A DNA stretch of 64,000 bases from Octopus bimaculoides. Lineage: Eukaryota. The translations under genes were made by a program, and so were the position numbers. The stretch spans positions 18,394,767-18,458,766 of the forward strand of contig NC_068981.1 of assembly GCF_001194135.2 (NCBI RefSeq), written 5' to 3'. Of this stretch, positions 12,679 to 25,160 are shown in pieces (positions within the stretch are counted from its first letter, which is position 1; each line of letters opens with the position of its first letter). Under the pieces are notes generated by a model. The model worked only from the letters and a program-made list of their open reading frames with translations. It was not told the origin of the DNA and ran no database searches.

Positions 12679-13132
12679 AATAGAAATAATATATTTCTAA
12701 ATCTCTCAGAGAGGTTTATACAGTAGTAACACGAAAAAGTGGTGCTACGTTGTCAACTTAATGTGACAGTCCAATGAAAAGGAAGAATACTACTGCTATT
12801 TAGCCCTAGGAAGTACCGCTTCCTGTCGACCTTGACACATTTCAGAGACATGTTTCTGAGTTTTTGTCTCCCGCTTGTAAACATAAGGACACAGGAAATG
12901 TGTCAAGGCCGACAGGAAGCAGTGCAGCTTCCTAGGTCTAAACAACAGTGGTATTATTCCCTTCATGGGATTGTCACATTACGTTGACAGCATACAACTA
13001 CTTCAACGTATCACTACTGCATAAATCTCTCTGGGAGATTTAGAAATGTATTATTTCTAAAGTGATAGTGCGTTGTCAACTTAATGTGACAGTCCCATGA
13101 AAGGGAAGAATACTACTGCTATTTAGCCCTAC
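12679..13132. mobile_element. Foldback/MITE-type insertion (379-bp palindrome 12681-13059 plus partial second copy) with 10-bp TSD
   Basis: Arms of about 165 bp (12681-12843 vs 12895-13059). 12748-12808 is repeated at 13071-13131. TATATTCCTA flanks the insert at 12669-12678 and 13133-13142. Confidence 0.85.
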
Positions 13133-15511
13133 TATATTCCTACTTTAGTTAAAAAATTAAAGCTCAATTTATGGTCTAATTCATTTCAAGTGGTCGACTG
13201 GTTTAATTCTATTAATAACAAGAAGTGCACTAAGTTTATCCAGTTCGATATTTCTAGTTACCGTTCCTCTATTAACCCTGTTGTACTCAACAAGGCACTC
13301 TGGCTTGCACACAACAAAGCAGATCTCACCAGGGGTGAAATTAATGTGGTGTTAGCCACCAGAAAATCAATCTTTAAATTTGAAAACAAGCTGTGGGTCT
13401 GTAAAAATACACCTGACAGTTTTGATGTCACAATGGGAAGTTCTGACTCAGCACAATTGGCTGATTTGGTCGGTATATATATCCTTTATGAGATGGCTGA
13501 CCAATTCCCAAACATCAACGGAGATCTGTATTGTGACGATTGTCTACTCTACCTTCAAAATGTTTCTAACCAAAAATTACAAAAGGTTAAAAATAGGTTG
13601 GTTAAATTTTTCCGAAACATGGGCTTAAGCATCGTTTCCAACGATGATATTACTAAAGCCAACTTTTTGGATAGTACCCTTAACTTACATAATGCTTCGT
13701 ATTTCCCATACCATAAACTCTCAACTAATTTAAAATATATTAGCTCTTTCAGTAATCATCCAAAGGCTATTACAAGGAATTTAGTTAGAAATATTTCACT
13801 TAGACTTTCTAGATTATCTGCCAATGTTGATACCTTCAACAATAAAACTGAATTTTATAACTCTGCCTTACTTAAAGCAGGCTATAAACAAAAATTACCT
13901 AATAGGCGCAGGCATGGCTGTGTGGTAAGTAGCTTGCCTACCAACCACATGGTTCCGGGTTCAGTCCCATTGTGTGGCACCTTGGGCAAGTATCTTTTAC
14001 TATAGCTTCAGGCTGACCAAAGCCTTGTGGGTGGATTTTGTAGACGGAAACTGAAAGAAGTCCATCGTATATATGTATATATGTATGTGTGTGTATTTGT
14101 TTGTGTGTCTATGTTTGTCCCCCAACATCGCTTGACAACCGATGCTGGTGTGTTTATGTCCCTGTAACTTAGTGGTTCGGCAAAAGAGAATGATAGAATA
14201 AGTACTAGGCTCACAAAGAATAAGTCCTGGGCTCGATTTCTTTGACAAAAGGCAGTGCTCCAGCATGGCCACAGTCAAATGACTGAAACAAATAAAAGAG
14301 TAAAAGAGTAAAGAGTATATTAATCCTATTGACATTAATTCTGCCTCTATTAATCAGGACATGAAAACACGTCGTACCGGTAATAGCAATATAAATTTTA
14401 GTTTGAATAACAACACTAAATTGAAAAATGTAATTTTGCAGCACAAGGGAAATAACCATTCTTTAAAACCCTTTTTAAATTATAAAAGTAAATATAGGAC
14501 TTTTAAAGATAATTACCCTAATAACAAGGTATATCCTAGTAAAACTGTTTGGTTGATAATTCCATATGGTAAGCAGATCAAATCCAACTTCCCTGTGAAG
14601 TTATAGATAAGAATTTCCTCAAAAATTCAAGATACCATTCCATTATCAATTTACACCGAATTAGAATAGCATTTCCAAACACCAAAAACCTTTCACAAAT
14701 GATCTCTTCGCATAATAATAAGTTGTTAAATACAAATCCACTTAATGAAAATAATAACATTGATATTACTGACACTAACCATTCTTTGAACAATAATAAC
14801 AACAATATTAATATTTCTGATATTAATTTGAATCGCATTCGTTTGCTTAGCAGTAATTTTAAGACTTGAAACTCTGTTTATCAATGTAAAATTACTTCCA
14901 ATTCTGATGTCTTTTTTTTTACATAATTAGTTCTTCATCTCAGTTGTCCAAAAGAATATCTAACTATTACTCTACATTTAGTCATATCAATACACACTAC
15001 AATACTGGGCTTAGTAAATTAATTTGGTCTCTTAAGGAACATAATAAACAGTTTGATTTGGAATGGAATATTTTGTTTAAATCCTTTCCATATGATAAAA
15101 GTAAATCCTTTTGTCTGTTCTATAATGAAGAAGAGTATCTCATTCTGTTCTTGGAGAATTCTATTGTAAACATGTTTAAAGAACACATTTATCCCTACAA
15201 ACATTGGCAAAAACATACCTTTAGTTCCTATAAGTAATTTCTACCAATCCATAAAATTTGACTTTTATCTGTCTTCTTACATTTTATTTCCACTACATAT
15301 ATCTATTTACATGCTTTTACCGCACTATATTTCTCCACTCTTAATTTTCTGTTAATTTCTTTCTTTCTCTTCCTTCTCTTTCTCTAAATTACCTTTGACG
15401 TTAAATCTATTAACAGTATTTAAAAAAAATAACTTTCCAGCGTTCCCTTCATCATATACATGGTAATCAGATTCAGTTAAAATGGCTTATTGAAGTGTTT
15501 TGTTTCTCTTT

Positions 15512-15599
15512 TTCCTCTGATGAGATGATTACATTGTTTTAATTCATTTTATTCCCTCAGGAATAATACCAATGTTTTCTTCGAAGCATATGTCGGAAG
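15512..15599 (+). ncRNA. Decayed type I hammerhead ribozyme in the PLE terminal repeat
   Basis: CTGATGA at 15517-15523. Stem II GATGATTACATTG / CAATGTTTTCTTC (10/13) encloses a TTATTCC-CTCA-GGAATAA hairpin. Then GAAG (consensus GAAA), C-ATAT-G, TC at 15593-15594 and a weak stem I. Confidence 0.72.
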
Positions 15600-15681
15600 T
15601 ATATAAAGATTTGAATAACACCTGCATTTAACTCCATTTCTTAATTTATACACATAATAAACACATTTTTACTGAATGCAT

Positions 15682-15760
15682 GGAAAAGCAACTCTTAAAA
15701 AAAACAACCTTTTAAAAGCGAACTTTTAAAAGGTTGTTTTTTTTTAAGAGTTGCTTTTCC
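15682..15760. repeat. Near-perfect 37/38-bp inverted repeat with CGAA loop
   Basis: GGAAAAGCAACTCTTA8CAACCTTTTAAAAG-CGAA-CTTTTAAAAGGTTGT9AAGAGTTGCTTTTCC. The only imperfection is a 1-nt difference in the A/T run. Confidence 0.95.
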
Positions 15761-15978
15761 TTGGATTCGGTACTAAAATGCATTTATTTGGAAAGTCTAG
15801 TGTGTGGCATTATTCTGTAGTAATGCCCTTATATAAATATAAATAAATAAATATATTCTTGGGAATAAAAAATGATGGATTTTTTCCCTTATGAGTATTT
15901 TCATGCTAGCTTCTTGATAAAATTATTGTAAAAGATTTTATCCTATTATTGAATTAATTAAATATATATCTATCTATC

Positions 15979-16010
<32 letters not shown>

Positions 16011-16494
16011 GTATGTATGTATGTGTGTATGTATGTATGTATGTATGTGTGTATGTATGTATGTATGTATGTATGTATGCATGTATGTATACTCATAGTG
16101 GCCAGATGGTTTGTCACTAGGTAGTAATCATGATGTCTCAGAGAGTGATACTCATGTTGTAGAAGCATTTATCATGTTAATCCAAGGACATACAAACGTT
16201 TCTTTGTGGTAACCTCATTTGGTATTCCATCTACTGAAAGCACAACGCTGACAGAAGACTGGTGATGTGGGGCATACCAAACTAGTAAGAAGGGTCAACT
16301 TCAAGTCAAAAACGTTTGAAACCTTGATCGGTGGTGGGGGGGACCTTTTATCCCACAAAATGACCAGATCAGTGCAGTGGAAGTTACGGCTTTCATCAGT
16401 TGGCTTTGCTTCGAACTGCAAATCTGCAGCAGGACTGGACAATCTTCTGAGGAAATGGAAATCATCTGTGAAGTTGGAACAATCACAATAGTAA

Positions 16495-16532
<38 letters not shown>

Positions 16533-17223
16533 TAGAGGCATGTGCTGTAACAACATGTCACTGAATCCACCATTTGTTGGTGACTCTCTATTCCTGGTTG
16601 ATGACACCTTTTGCAGCCAGCACTCAGGGGACAACCTTCCTACCCATGGGTCTGTTTGGGTAGTCACTGCTGATGAGGATTTCGAATGGTCAGAGTGCAA
16701 ACTTGAACTCTTTTAGTTGCCTTTTACAACAACATGCAGAAGAAATATTGGGCCTGTTCTTTGACATGCCAGTCCCCACCATAGCATTCAAGCAATCATA
16801 TATTAGCGCTTGCATCTACTCTAATAGATTCTTCAGATTTAAATCTAAAATTTAAATCTGAAATCTTAAATTTTGTATGTATATATAAATATATATATAT
16901 ACATACATATACACACATCCATCATTGTTTTAATGCCTACTTTTCCATGTTTGCATGGGTCTGATGAGACTACACTAAGATGGAATTTTCTATGGCCAGA
17001 TGTCCCTCTTGATGCCAACCCCTACATGTTTCTAAGGAGAGGTGATGATAATTGTATCAAACATTGTACAGTCAGGACATGTTTTCACAGAGGGCATATG
17101 TGAAAACATCTCAAGAAGCCCAAATATGTTTTCATGGTGGACTTTGAACAGATTTGCCATTTGCATGAATGGTGGCGCAAAGATGAGAGGAATATACACT
17201 TTGTCAACCATGCGTATGCACAT

Positions 17224-17263
<40 letters not shown>

Positions 17264-20200
17264 TGGCACTCCATTGGTTAGAGTGATGGGGGTTCCAGTT
17301 AATCCATTCAACAGAACAGCTTACTTGTGAAATTAGCATGCAAGTGGTTGAATACTCCACAGACATGCAGACCCTTAACATAGTTCTCAGGGAGATTCAA
17401 CATGACACAGAATGTGACAAGGCTGGCCCTTTGAATTACAGGCTCAATTCATTTTTGCCAGCTGAGTGGACTGGAGCATCGGGAAATAAAGTGTCTTGCC
17501 GAAGGACACAATGCACTGCTGGGAATTGAACTTATGATGTTACAATTGTGAGCCGGATACCCCTAACCACTAAGCCATGTGCCTTCACACAGACACACAT
17601 ACATACAAACATGCATATGTAGGATGACAATGATGCTGATGTTGGTATATTCTTTCTCTTGGAGGAGAGACTTAACATTTACAACCATATGTCTCTTCTC
17701 TTCCCAACACTCTCCCAAACATCTTTTTACTTTCCAGCCACACACCCATAACATACACCCATTCCAACACCTATCTTTAAGTTTGAATAGCTTTCAAAAT
17801 GTGTACAAATGCAAGAAACTTCTGTAGTCTTTGGTAAAAAACAAAATAAAACCAACAAAAAAATAAAACAAACTAAATGTTGTCTGAACTGCTAACAATT
17901 CAACTTAAAGCAGGTAACGAATCTTAACCAAAGAACAGAATGGTTATAACAGAATCTCATATCATGAATATGGGATTGTAGTCTGGTACTGTAAATACTA
18001 CATTTCTATTAAATACATTCTTAATATATACTTTCTCCTAGGTTATGAATGACATTTTATAATTTGGTCCACATGAAAATGATATTAACATAAGTATATT
18101 TGTGAATTAACACTTTATATCTATTACCATTAGCTTTCAAAAAACGACTCTTTCAATGTATTGAATGATATAATGTTGACGTCATATGAACTTTATAAAC
18201 TTTCGACAGAAGTCTTTCAAGGAATATTTTGAAGTGTGCACATAATGCTATGAATAATAGCATGTAACACTGGTGGTGTGCTGTGTAGAAAACACTGGTG
18301 CTATGCCACATAGAAAGCACCGTGTACACTCTGTAAAGGGGTTGGTTTTAGGAATGGCATCCAGTTGCAGAAGCCATGCCAAAATAGATATTGGAACCTC
18401 ATGCGGCTCCTGGCCTTTCCAGGATCTGTCAAGCCATCAACTTATGCCAGCATGGAAAACATATGTTAAATGATGATGATGATGATGGAATATTGTGTTA
18501 AAAAACAATTTTGGATAAGAAAAATCAAAGGCAGCCTGTGGGATTTTAACCCACATCTCCTGCAGATAAGACATGAATGCTACCACTGGATCAAAGCAAT
18601 CCTTTGAATTTTTTAAAATACATTTTGGAGGCTTGATTCCTATCAGGAAGACTCGTACATTGTTGACGTTGTAAGAATTTTATAAACTTTCAAGAAAACA
18701 TTAAATAATTCTTTTTTGGAATATCTTGAAGCACACATATAAATAATAACATAAAAATACTGGACTGAAAAACCCTTTTGAATAAAAATATTTACATTCT
18801 ATTATTTATAGCTTCATGTGCATGTTTTGAAATATTTCCAAAAAGAATTCTTTAATGTTCTCTTGAAAATTTATAAAATTCTTATGATGTCAACAAAACA
18901 CAAATTTTGTTAGTATGAATGAAGTTTCTAAAAAGGAATTGAGAAATTGAAAGGGTCGTTTTGGTCAAATGGTAAAACGCCTACAAGAGATGTGGGTTTG
19001 AGTCCCATGAGCAAGCCTTTGACTTGTTCTATCCGAAAGGGGTTTTTCAATCCCATACTGAAATCCCATGTTAAAAAGCACCCAGTACACCTTGTAAAGA
19101 GGTTGGCATTAGGAAGAGCATCCAGCTGTAGAAACCATGCCAAAACAGACAATTGGAGTCTGAGCAGCTCTCTGGTTGGCCAGCTCCATCCAACCCATGC
19201 CAGCATGGAAAGCAGACGTGAAACATCATCATCACCATCATTTAACGTCCGTTTTCCATGCTAGCATGGGTTGGACGATTTGACTGGGGACTGGTGAACC
19301 AGATGGCTACACCAGACTCCAATCTGATTTGGCAGAGTTCCTACAACTGGATGCCCTTCCTAATGCCAACCACTCCGAGAGCGTAGTGGGTGCTTTTTAT
19401 GTGCCACCGACACGAGGCCAGTCTGGCAGGATTGGCAACGACCACGCTCAAATGGTGTTTTTTACGTGCCACTTGCACAGGAGTCAGTCCAATGTTTTGT
19501 TCACATGTCACTGGCACAAGTGCCAGTAAGGTGAAGCTGGAAATGATCGCGCTCAAATGGTGCTTTTTACCGGCACAGAAGTGAGACCGCTGCTCTGGCA
19601 GTGATCCTGCTCAGATGGTGCTGTTAGCACTCCACTGGCACGGCTGCCAATCATTGAATTTGGTTCAGTTTCGATCTCACTTGCCCCAACAGGTCTTTGC
19701 AAGCTGAGTTTAGTGTCCAATGAAGGAAGGTCGGCATGGGTGCCATGATGATGATGATGATGATGATGATATTTACATGTTATTATTTAGATCTTTATGT
19801 AAATGTTGTGAGATATTCCAAAGGAAGAATGATATAATGCTAAATGTACGTTTAACATAATATTATTACAATAAAAATGTCATATCACACATTTTTACTG
19901 GATACTATTTTAGCTTCATTTAAGGTAATTTTATCAAACTAAGAACTTGCCACCAGATATTGCACTTTAACAATTATTGTATTTGACAGCATATAATACG
20001 CACTTTCTTCCCAAAAGAATGTCTCAAAAAAGAACAAAATACAAACAAATAACCCCAAGTCCTATATCTGAAGTTGTGTTTCCCATAAACTAATTTTATC
20101 CCTGATATTAAAATATGTTAAACGATGATGATGATGATATTAAATTTGTACTGCTGAAAATGGATGCATTTAATATGTACATACATATTTTATGCTTTCA

Positions 20201-21769
20201 GATATGGAAATTATAATCTTCATTTTTGTCTATAAGTACATGTTTATTGTCCTATTAACAGTGTGGTGTCTGTATTGTTCTATCCATAGTGTGTCTGTGC
20301 GTGAAAGTATGGTATTTATTTTTTGGGAAAAATATTTCTTTGCTAAGATCTAGTGAATGCCTTGATTCTCCACAGAAAGACACTAACAGAGTGAATGAAA
20401 GTTTTCCAACATCAGACACATTTATTTGTAAGAACAAATGAAATACCAGAAATATACCACAAAATTGTCGTTATGACCATGATCACAGTCATTATCATTT
20501 AACATTCATTTTCCCACATTGGTATGAGTTGAACAGGTTGACAAGAGGGCTGCACCAGGCTCCATTCATCTGTTTTGGCATAGTTTCTATGGCTGGATGC
20601 CCCTTCCTAATGCCAGTCACTTTACAGAGTCTACTGAGTGCCACTTAGGTGGCTCTGTCATGGGTACTTTTTAATGTAGTGCCACCATGAATACTTTTAA
20701 TGTGGTGCTGGCATGGGTGCTCTTTACATTGTGCCAGCACGAGTTCTTTTTATATGGAGGCAGCAGGGGTGCTTTCTTATGTGGTGTTGGTACGGATACT
20801 TTTTATGTTGTACCAGTACCCACAGGATCAGCCATGATTTTACTTAGCATGACTGACCTTGCGGATACTGGTACCACATAAAAAGCACCTGTGAAAACCA
20901 TGCAACCTAGGTACACACTTAGTTATAGACAGGCATTCTTCAGAGTTTGGTAGTTCTCAGTCCCATCCTGTTTACTATAGCCATGGCTGAAACAGAGGAG
21001 TCAAAGGCTTGTTATCCAATGGGATTACCCATGTGTTGTTGTCTTAGTTCTTACAGCTGAATCCCTCGTAAATAAGAGAAGAAATTTGAGACATGGAAGC
21101 AGAGGCTAAAATCAAGAGGCCTTGATCCTAGAGACCTCAAAGTCAATTCAGTCAAGACAGAACTTTAAGTATCCTGGAATAATTAACAGAACTCTTCTGC
21201 AATCAAGGAGGAGGCCATGCTCAATATACAGAAGAGGAGTAGGTATACTCTGTAATACGATTTAAATGAAACATTGCAGTATTGTGATTATCGTCATCGT
21301 CATCACCATCATCATCACCACCACCACCACCACCACCACCACCACNNNNNNNNNNAAAATATACTTTTTGAAATGCTAATAGATATAATTGATAGTTTCT
21401 TTTTTTTTTTTTAATCTAGGTTGGCTAATTAGCAGTGATTGTGGCTCTTTATGTAGGGGGCTCTGAAAGGTGTCTTAAGGAGTAGCGTCCCTGCTTTCCT
21501 GAGCTAGTTTTCTACCACATTTCTTAAAAATTATGGTAGAGGCCTTGGTCTTGGGACCACTCATGTCTAGATACTGAGAAAATCCAGCTCCAAAAAAAGC
21601 CTCATGATAGCAAAGGAGAATGGGCACAAGCCAGCCCAAAGGTTTGAATGGGCTGCACCTACATACCTCAGTTGCTTTGGCATTGGGGTAGATCTGGCCA
21701 CCCTCGTTAACAGGGACAAAACCCGGATTTAAAATACTGGATGACGATGATGATGATGTGGCTCTTTAG

Positions 21770-22323
21770 AAAGCATAACAACCAGAATGAGAAGAAGATG
21801 GAAAATGTTTAGGGAGAGTATTACCTCTGCTAGCAGCAAAATCTTTCTTTCTTTGAATGAAGGGAAGATTGTATGATATTTGTGTAAGGTGTGTGATGTG
21901 ATATGATAGGAAAACATGGGTACTGAATAATGAGGAAGTGTGAAGGTTAGAAAGGAAAAAGCAGACATTCTTTGTTGGATGTTAGCGAGCATGATGTATG
22001 AAAGAAAAACTGGGTTTAAGGAGAAACAGGTGTAATGTGCAAGAGAGAAAACTGCACAGGTGACATTTGGGTCAAGGAGTGCCAAATAAGAGAGGGAAAA
22101 CTATAAAAGACATAAGAAGAGGTGGTGAAGGTTTGTCTTGGGAGGCTGAAGCTTACAACAGAGATGCCAAAAGACCACAAAATTCGACAAGAAGATGTAC
22201 TGGAGAAAATCTATTAAGCCCATACATAAAAGAGAAAAACGAATTTAGAAACGATGTTGGTAGTGGTGGTAGTGGCAGATGGTGGTGGTGGTGGTGATGA
22301 TGATGATGATGATGATGATGATG
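21770..22323 (+). mobile_element. Old RTE LINE C-terminal remnant with (GGT)n(GAT)n tail
   Basis: Decayed equivalents of RIRxxWKxFRELLPLLA and ETWxLxxExxxRLER. A further decayed RT piece (EEFKxxxPWE...AES...WKQ) lies at about 20990-21170. Confidence 0.5.
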
Positions 22324-22707
22324 GCGATTCACAGATAATTCAGTTTAGTTTATTTATTTGATTGTATTTATTCAGAGCCTACAAATAGTAAAAGTGGAAA
22401 TTAAATGTTGCTTTAAGAACACAAGCTGTTCAGCATCAATGAATTATTGATGCATGTAGAAACTGCACAAAGTTTTGGTTCTGGCACAGTTGGAACATTG
22501 TCACAATGTTGTAGTTCATATATATATATAACATTTTAATGGTACTTAGCCACTAAGTCTGTATGCACTGTCAGATTTCACCTTTATGTAAGCACAACTT
22601 CAAAAACCCTAACCCTTACCCTATATTCACCACACGCATACATGTGAGTATATACACAGACAAGAACCATGTGGTAAGGAAGTGAACCTTTTACCAGGTC
22701 TGCACCA

Positions 22708-23134
22708 CACACACACACACATACTCACACACACATGCACACACACACACACACACACACGTGCGTGCATGCACATGCACGCACACACACATGCTTGTGC
22801 ACATACATGCTCACACACATACACACACTCACACACACATGTGTGCATGCACACACACACACACATGGATGCATGCGCACACACACATGCATGTATACAC
22901 ACACACATGCGCACACACACACACTCACACACACATGTGTCCATGCACACACGCACACATATACATACACACATGTACATACACACAAACCCACCCACAC
23001 AACCGCACACGCACACACATGTGCATGTGCTCACATACACACACATACACGCATGCACACATGCAAGAACACACACGATGTACATACACACACATGCACG
23101 CACACACAGATGCACACATACACACACAGACGTG

Positions 23135-23170
<36 letters not shown>
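22708..23170. repeat. Long degenerate (CA)n/CATG compound microsatellite; similar tracts at about 35240-35555, 36735-37090, 53180-53430 and 63040-63600
   Basis: Direct reading. This is the source of the spurious HT/CV-rich ORFs in the track. Confidence 0.9.
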
Positions 23171-23172
<2 letters not shown>

Positions 23173-23867
23173 GACTGCAGCCATGCTGGGGGGGTCACTA
23201 CCTTGAAGAATTTTAGTCACATGAATTGTCCCCAGTACTTATCATTCTTTTGTTTTTTTAAGCCTGGTACTTATTCTATTTGATCCCCTTTGCTGAAGCG
23301 CTAAGTTACAGGGATGTAAACACACCAACACCAGTTATCAAGTGATAATGAGGAACAAACACAGACACAAAGACACATAGAAACACCCACGCTCACACAC
23401 ACACATACACACCCACTCACACACCCACACACACACATATGCAATGGACTTCTTTCAGTTTCTGTCTACCAAATCCAATCATAAGGCTTTGGTGTGCCTG
23501 GGGCTATAATAGAAGACACATTTTCAAGGTGCCACACAGCAGGACTGAACCCAGGACCATGTACTTGGGAAGCAAACTTCTTACCACAGCCACACCTGTA
23601 CCATACATACACACATGCATACATACATACATACATACATACACACATACATACATACATACATACATACATAGAACCAATTAAAATCAAAAGGATGGCT
23701 TATTAGCAATTAGAACCCAAAAGCAAAATCAATAGAGGTCGCAAAAGTAATGAAAGGTGATGACTAGCAGCACTTATGCTGAAATCAGGGTTACATTCAC
23801 TCTTATTTTAGCGTAAGTGGTGCTGGCCGGCAACCCCTGTCACTTTTGGGACCTCTATTAATTTTGC

Positions 23868-23941
<74 letters not shown>

Positions 23942-24879
23942 TCATAATCATCATCAACATCAGCATCATCATCATCGTCATTCAACGCCCGCTTTCCATG
24001 CTGGCATGGGTTTGACGGTTTGACTGAGGACTGGTGAGCGAGATGGCTGCATCAGACTCAGTCTGATCTGGCAAAGTTTCTACAGCTGGATGCCCTTCCT
24101 AATGCCAATCCATGGTCACTATATTCTGAGGCAGATTGGAGGGCAATTTCTAATTCATATATTTCAGTTTTATCATTGTCTTTATAGCTGTGCTCATTTT
24201 ACTTCCTATCATCACTTGAGGGTTGCTATGTCCTTGGCAAAATTCAAGAGTCTTCTCTATGTTACACTATCTCCATTTGTCTGCCAAACATTTCACAGAG
24301 TGTGATGTGCATTTTGCCATGACATTGACTCTTAAAAGGTTCTTGTCCCTCAAGTGATTATCAAGTCTTCTCTGTACTGTTTTGATCTGTTTCCATTTTC
24401 TCAAGGGAAATGTGACTAAAGGGGTGAATAGAGATTGAGGAGCAGAAAACTGAATGAAGAGAGTATTGGCATGAATGTGATGGGAAAACAGGGTGATGAC
24501 AATGAGAGCATGTTAAAGGTGGGAGTAATGAGAGAGAGACAGTAATAGGCAGCTACATGTTGTTTGTTGATAAGGGGATTGAATAGAAAGACATCATAGT
24601 GTAATGGGAAAAAGAGAGATAGGTGGAAAAAAGTCAAATTATGGAATGAGAAATATGTCAGAATGGATTGTTATAAGAGAGGATAATGTGTGTGTGTGTA
24701 AGAAAAATGAATTTTGTTAAGTGTGTGGTAGATGTCTATGGGCCTTCACACTGTGGAGTGACACAGTGACAGCCAGCAGTAAAGAAGACTGATGTTATGG
24801 GTATTAAGTATGGCAAGACCTATAGCCATTTCTTGCTACACATGAATTGTACATACATACATACACACACACATGCAAT

Positions 24880-24912
<33 letters not shown>

Positions 24913-25113
24913 TCACAATTATATAAATATATGCATAAGTATGTATATGTTTATTAAATATTTTACCACGTCTGTTGTGTATCCTTTTCCCCATCTCCCA
25001 TCATTTTATATTGCTTTGATTGTCCACCTTCTACCATATGTATTGTAATGTTTGACATTTATTGTATTCTATGTGTGAGCCTTTTGTGGCTAGTAAACAA
25101 ACTATTATTATTA

Positions 25114-25160
<47 letters not shown>

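Larger units (their letters stand above)
12229..15600 (+). mobile_element. Penelope-like retroelement, Naiad-type (RT plus C-terminal GIY-YIG), inactivated and interrupted by two insertions
   Basis: Motifs in order: MLVQSDK(T)GNLY; LKDHKPNFFNNPTLRLIYP; FIQFDISS; FDVTMGSSDSAQLADLVG; LYCDDCL (consensus LYRDDGL); NFLDSTLNL; YISSFSNHP; NLSQMISSHNNKLL; SVYQC...YII...KRISNY (decayed GIY-YIG); GLSKLIWSLK...LEWNIL..PY. A hammerhead motif follows the ORF. Confidence 0.9.

Noticed and set aside
13905-13980. tRNA-like heads of SINEs as tRNA genes
   Set aside because: They have A/B-box-like motifs but continue into SINE bodies, and I could not fold a full cloverleaf.
14866-14870. In-frame TGA near the PLE GIY-YIG domain as possible selenocysteine
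   Set aside because: It aligns to a non-cysteine position (after the decayed C-K-T, before N-S-V-Y) and the copy has many other stops and frameshifts. No SECIS was recognised.
16666-16700. CTGATGA...GAA...GTC hammerhead-like string; also CTTGAAGA...GAAAC at about 49781-49830
   Set aside because: No stem I pairing and the cores are incomplete, so these are compatible with chance.
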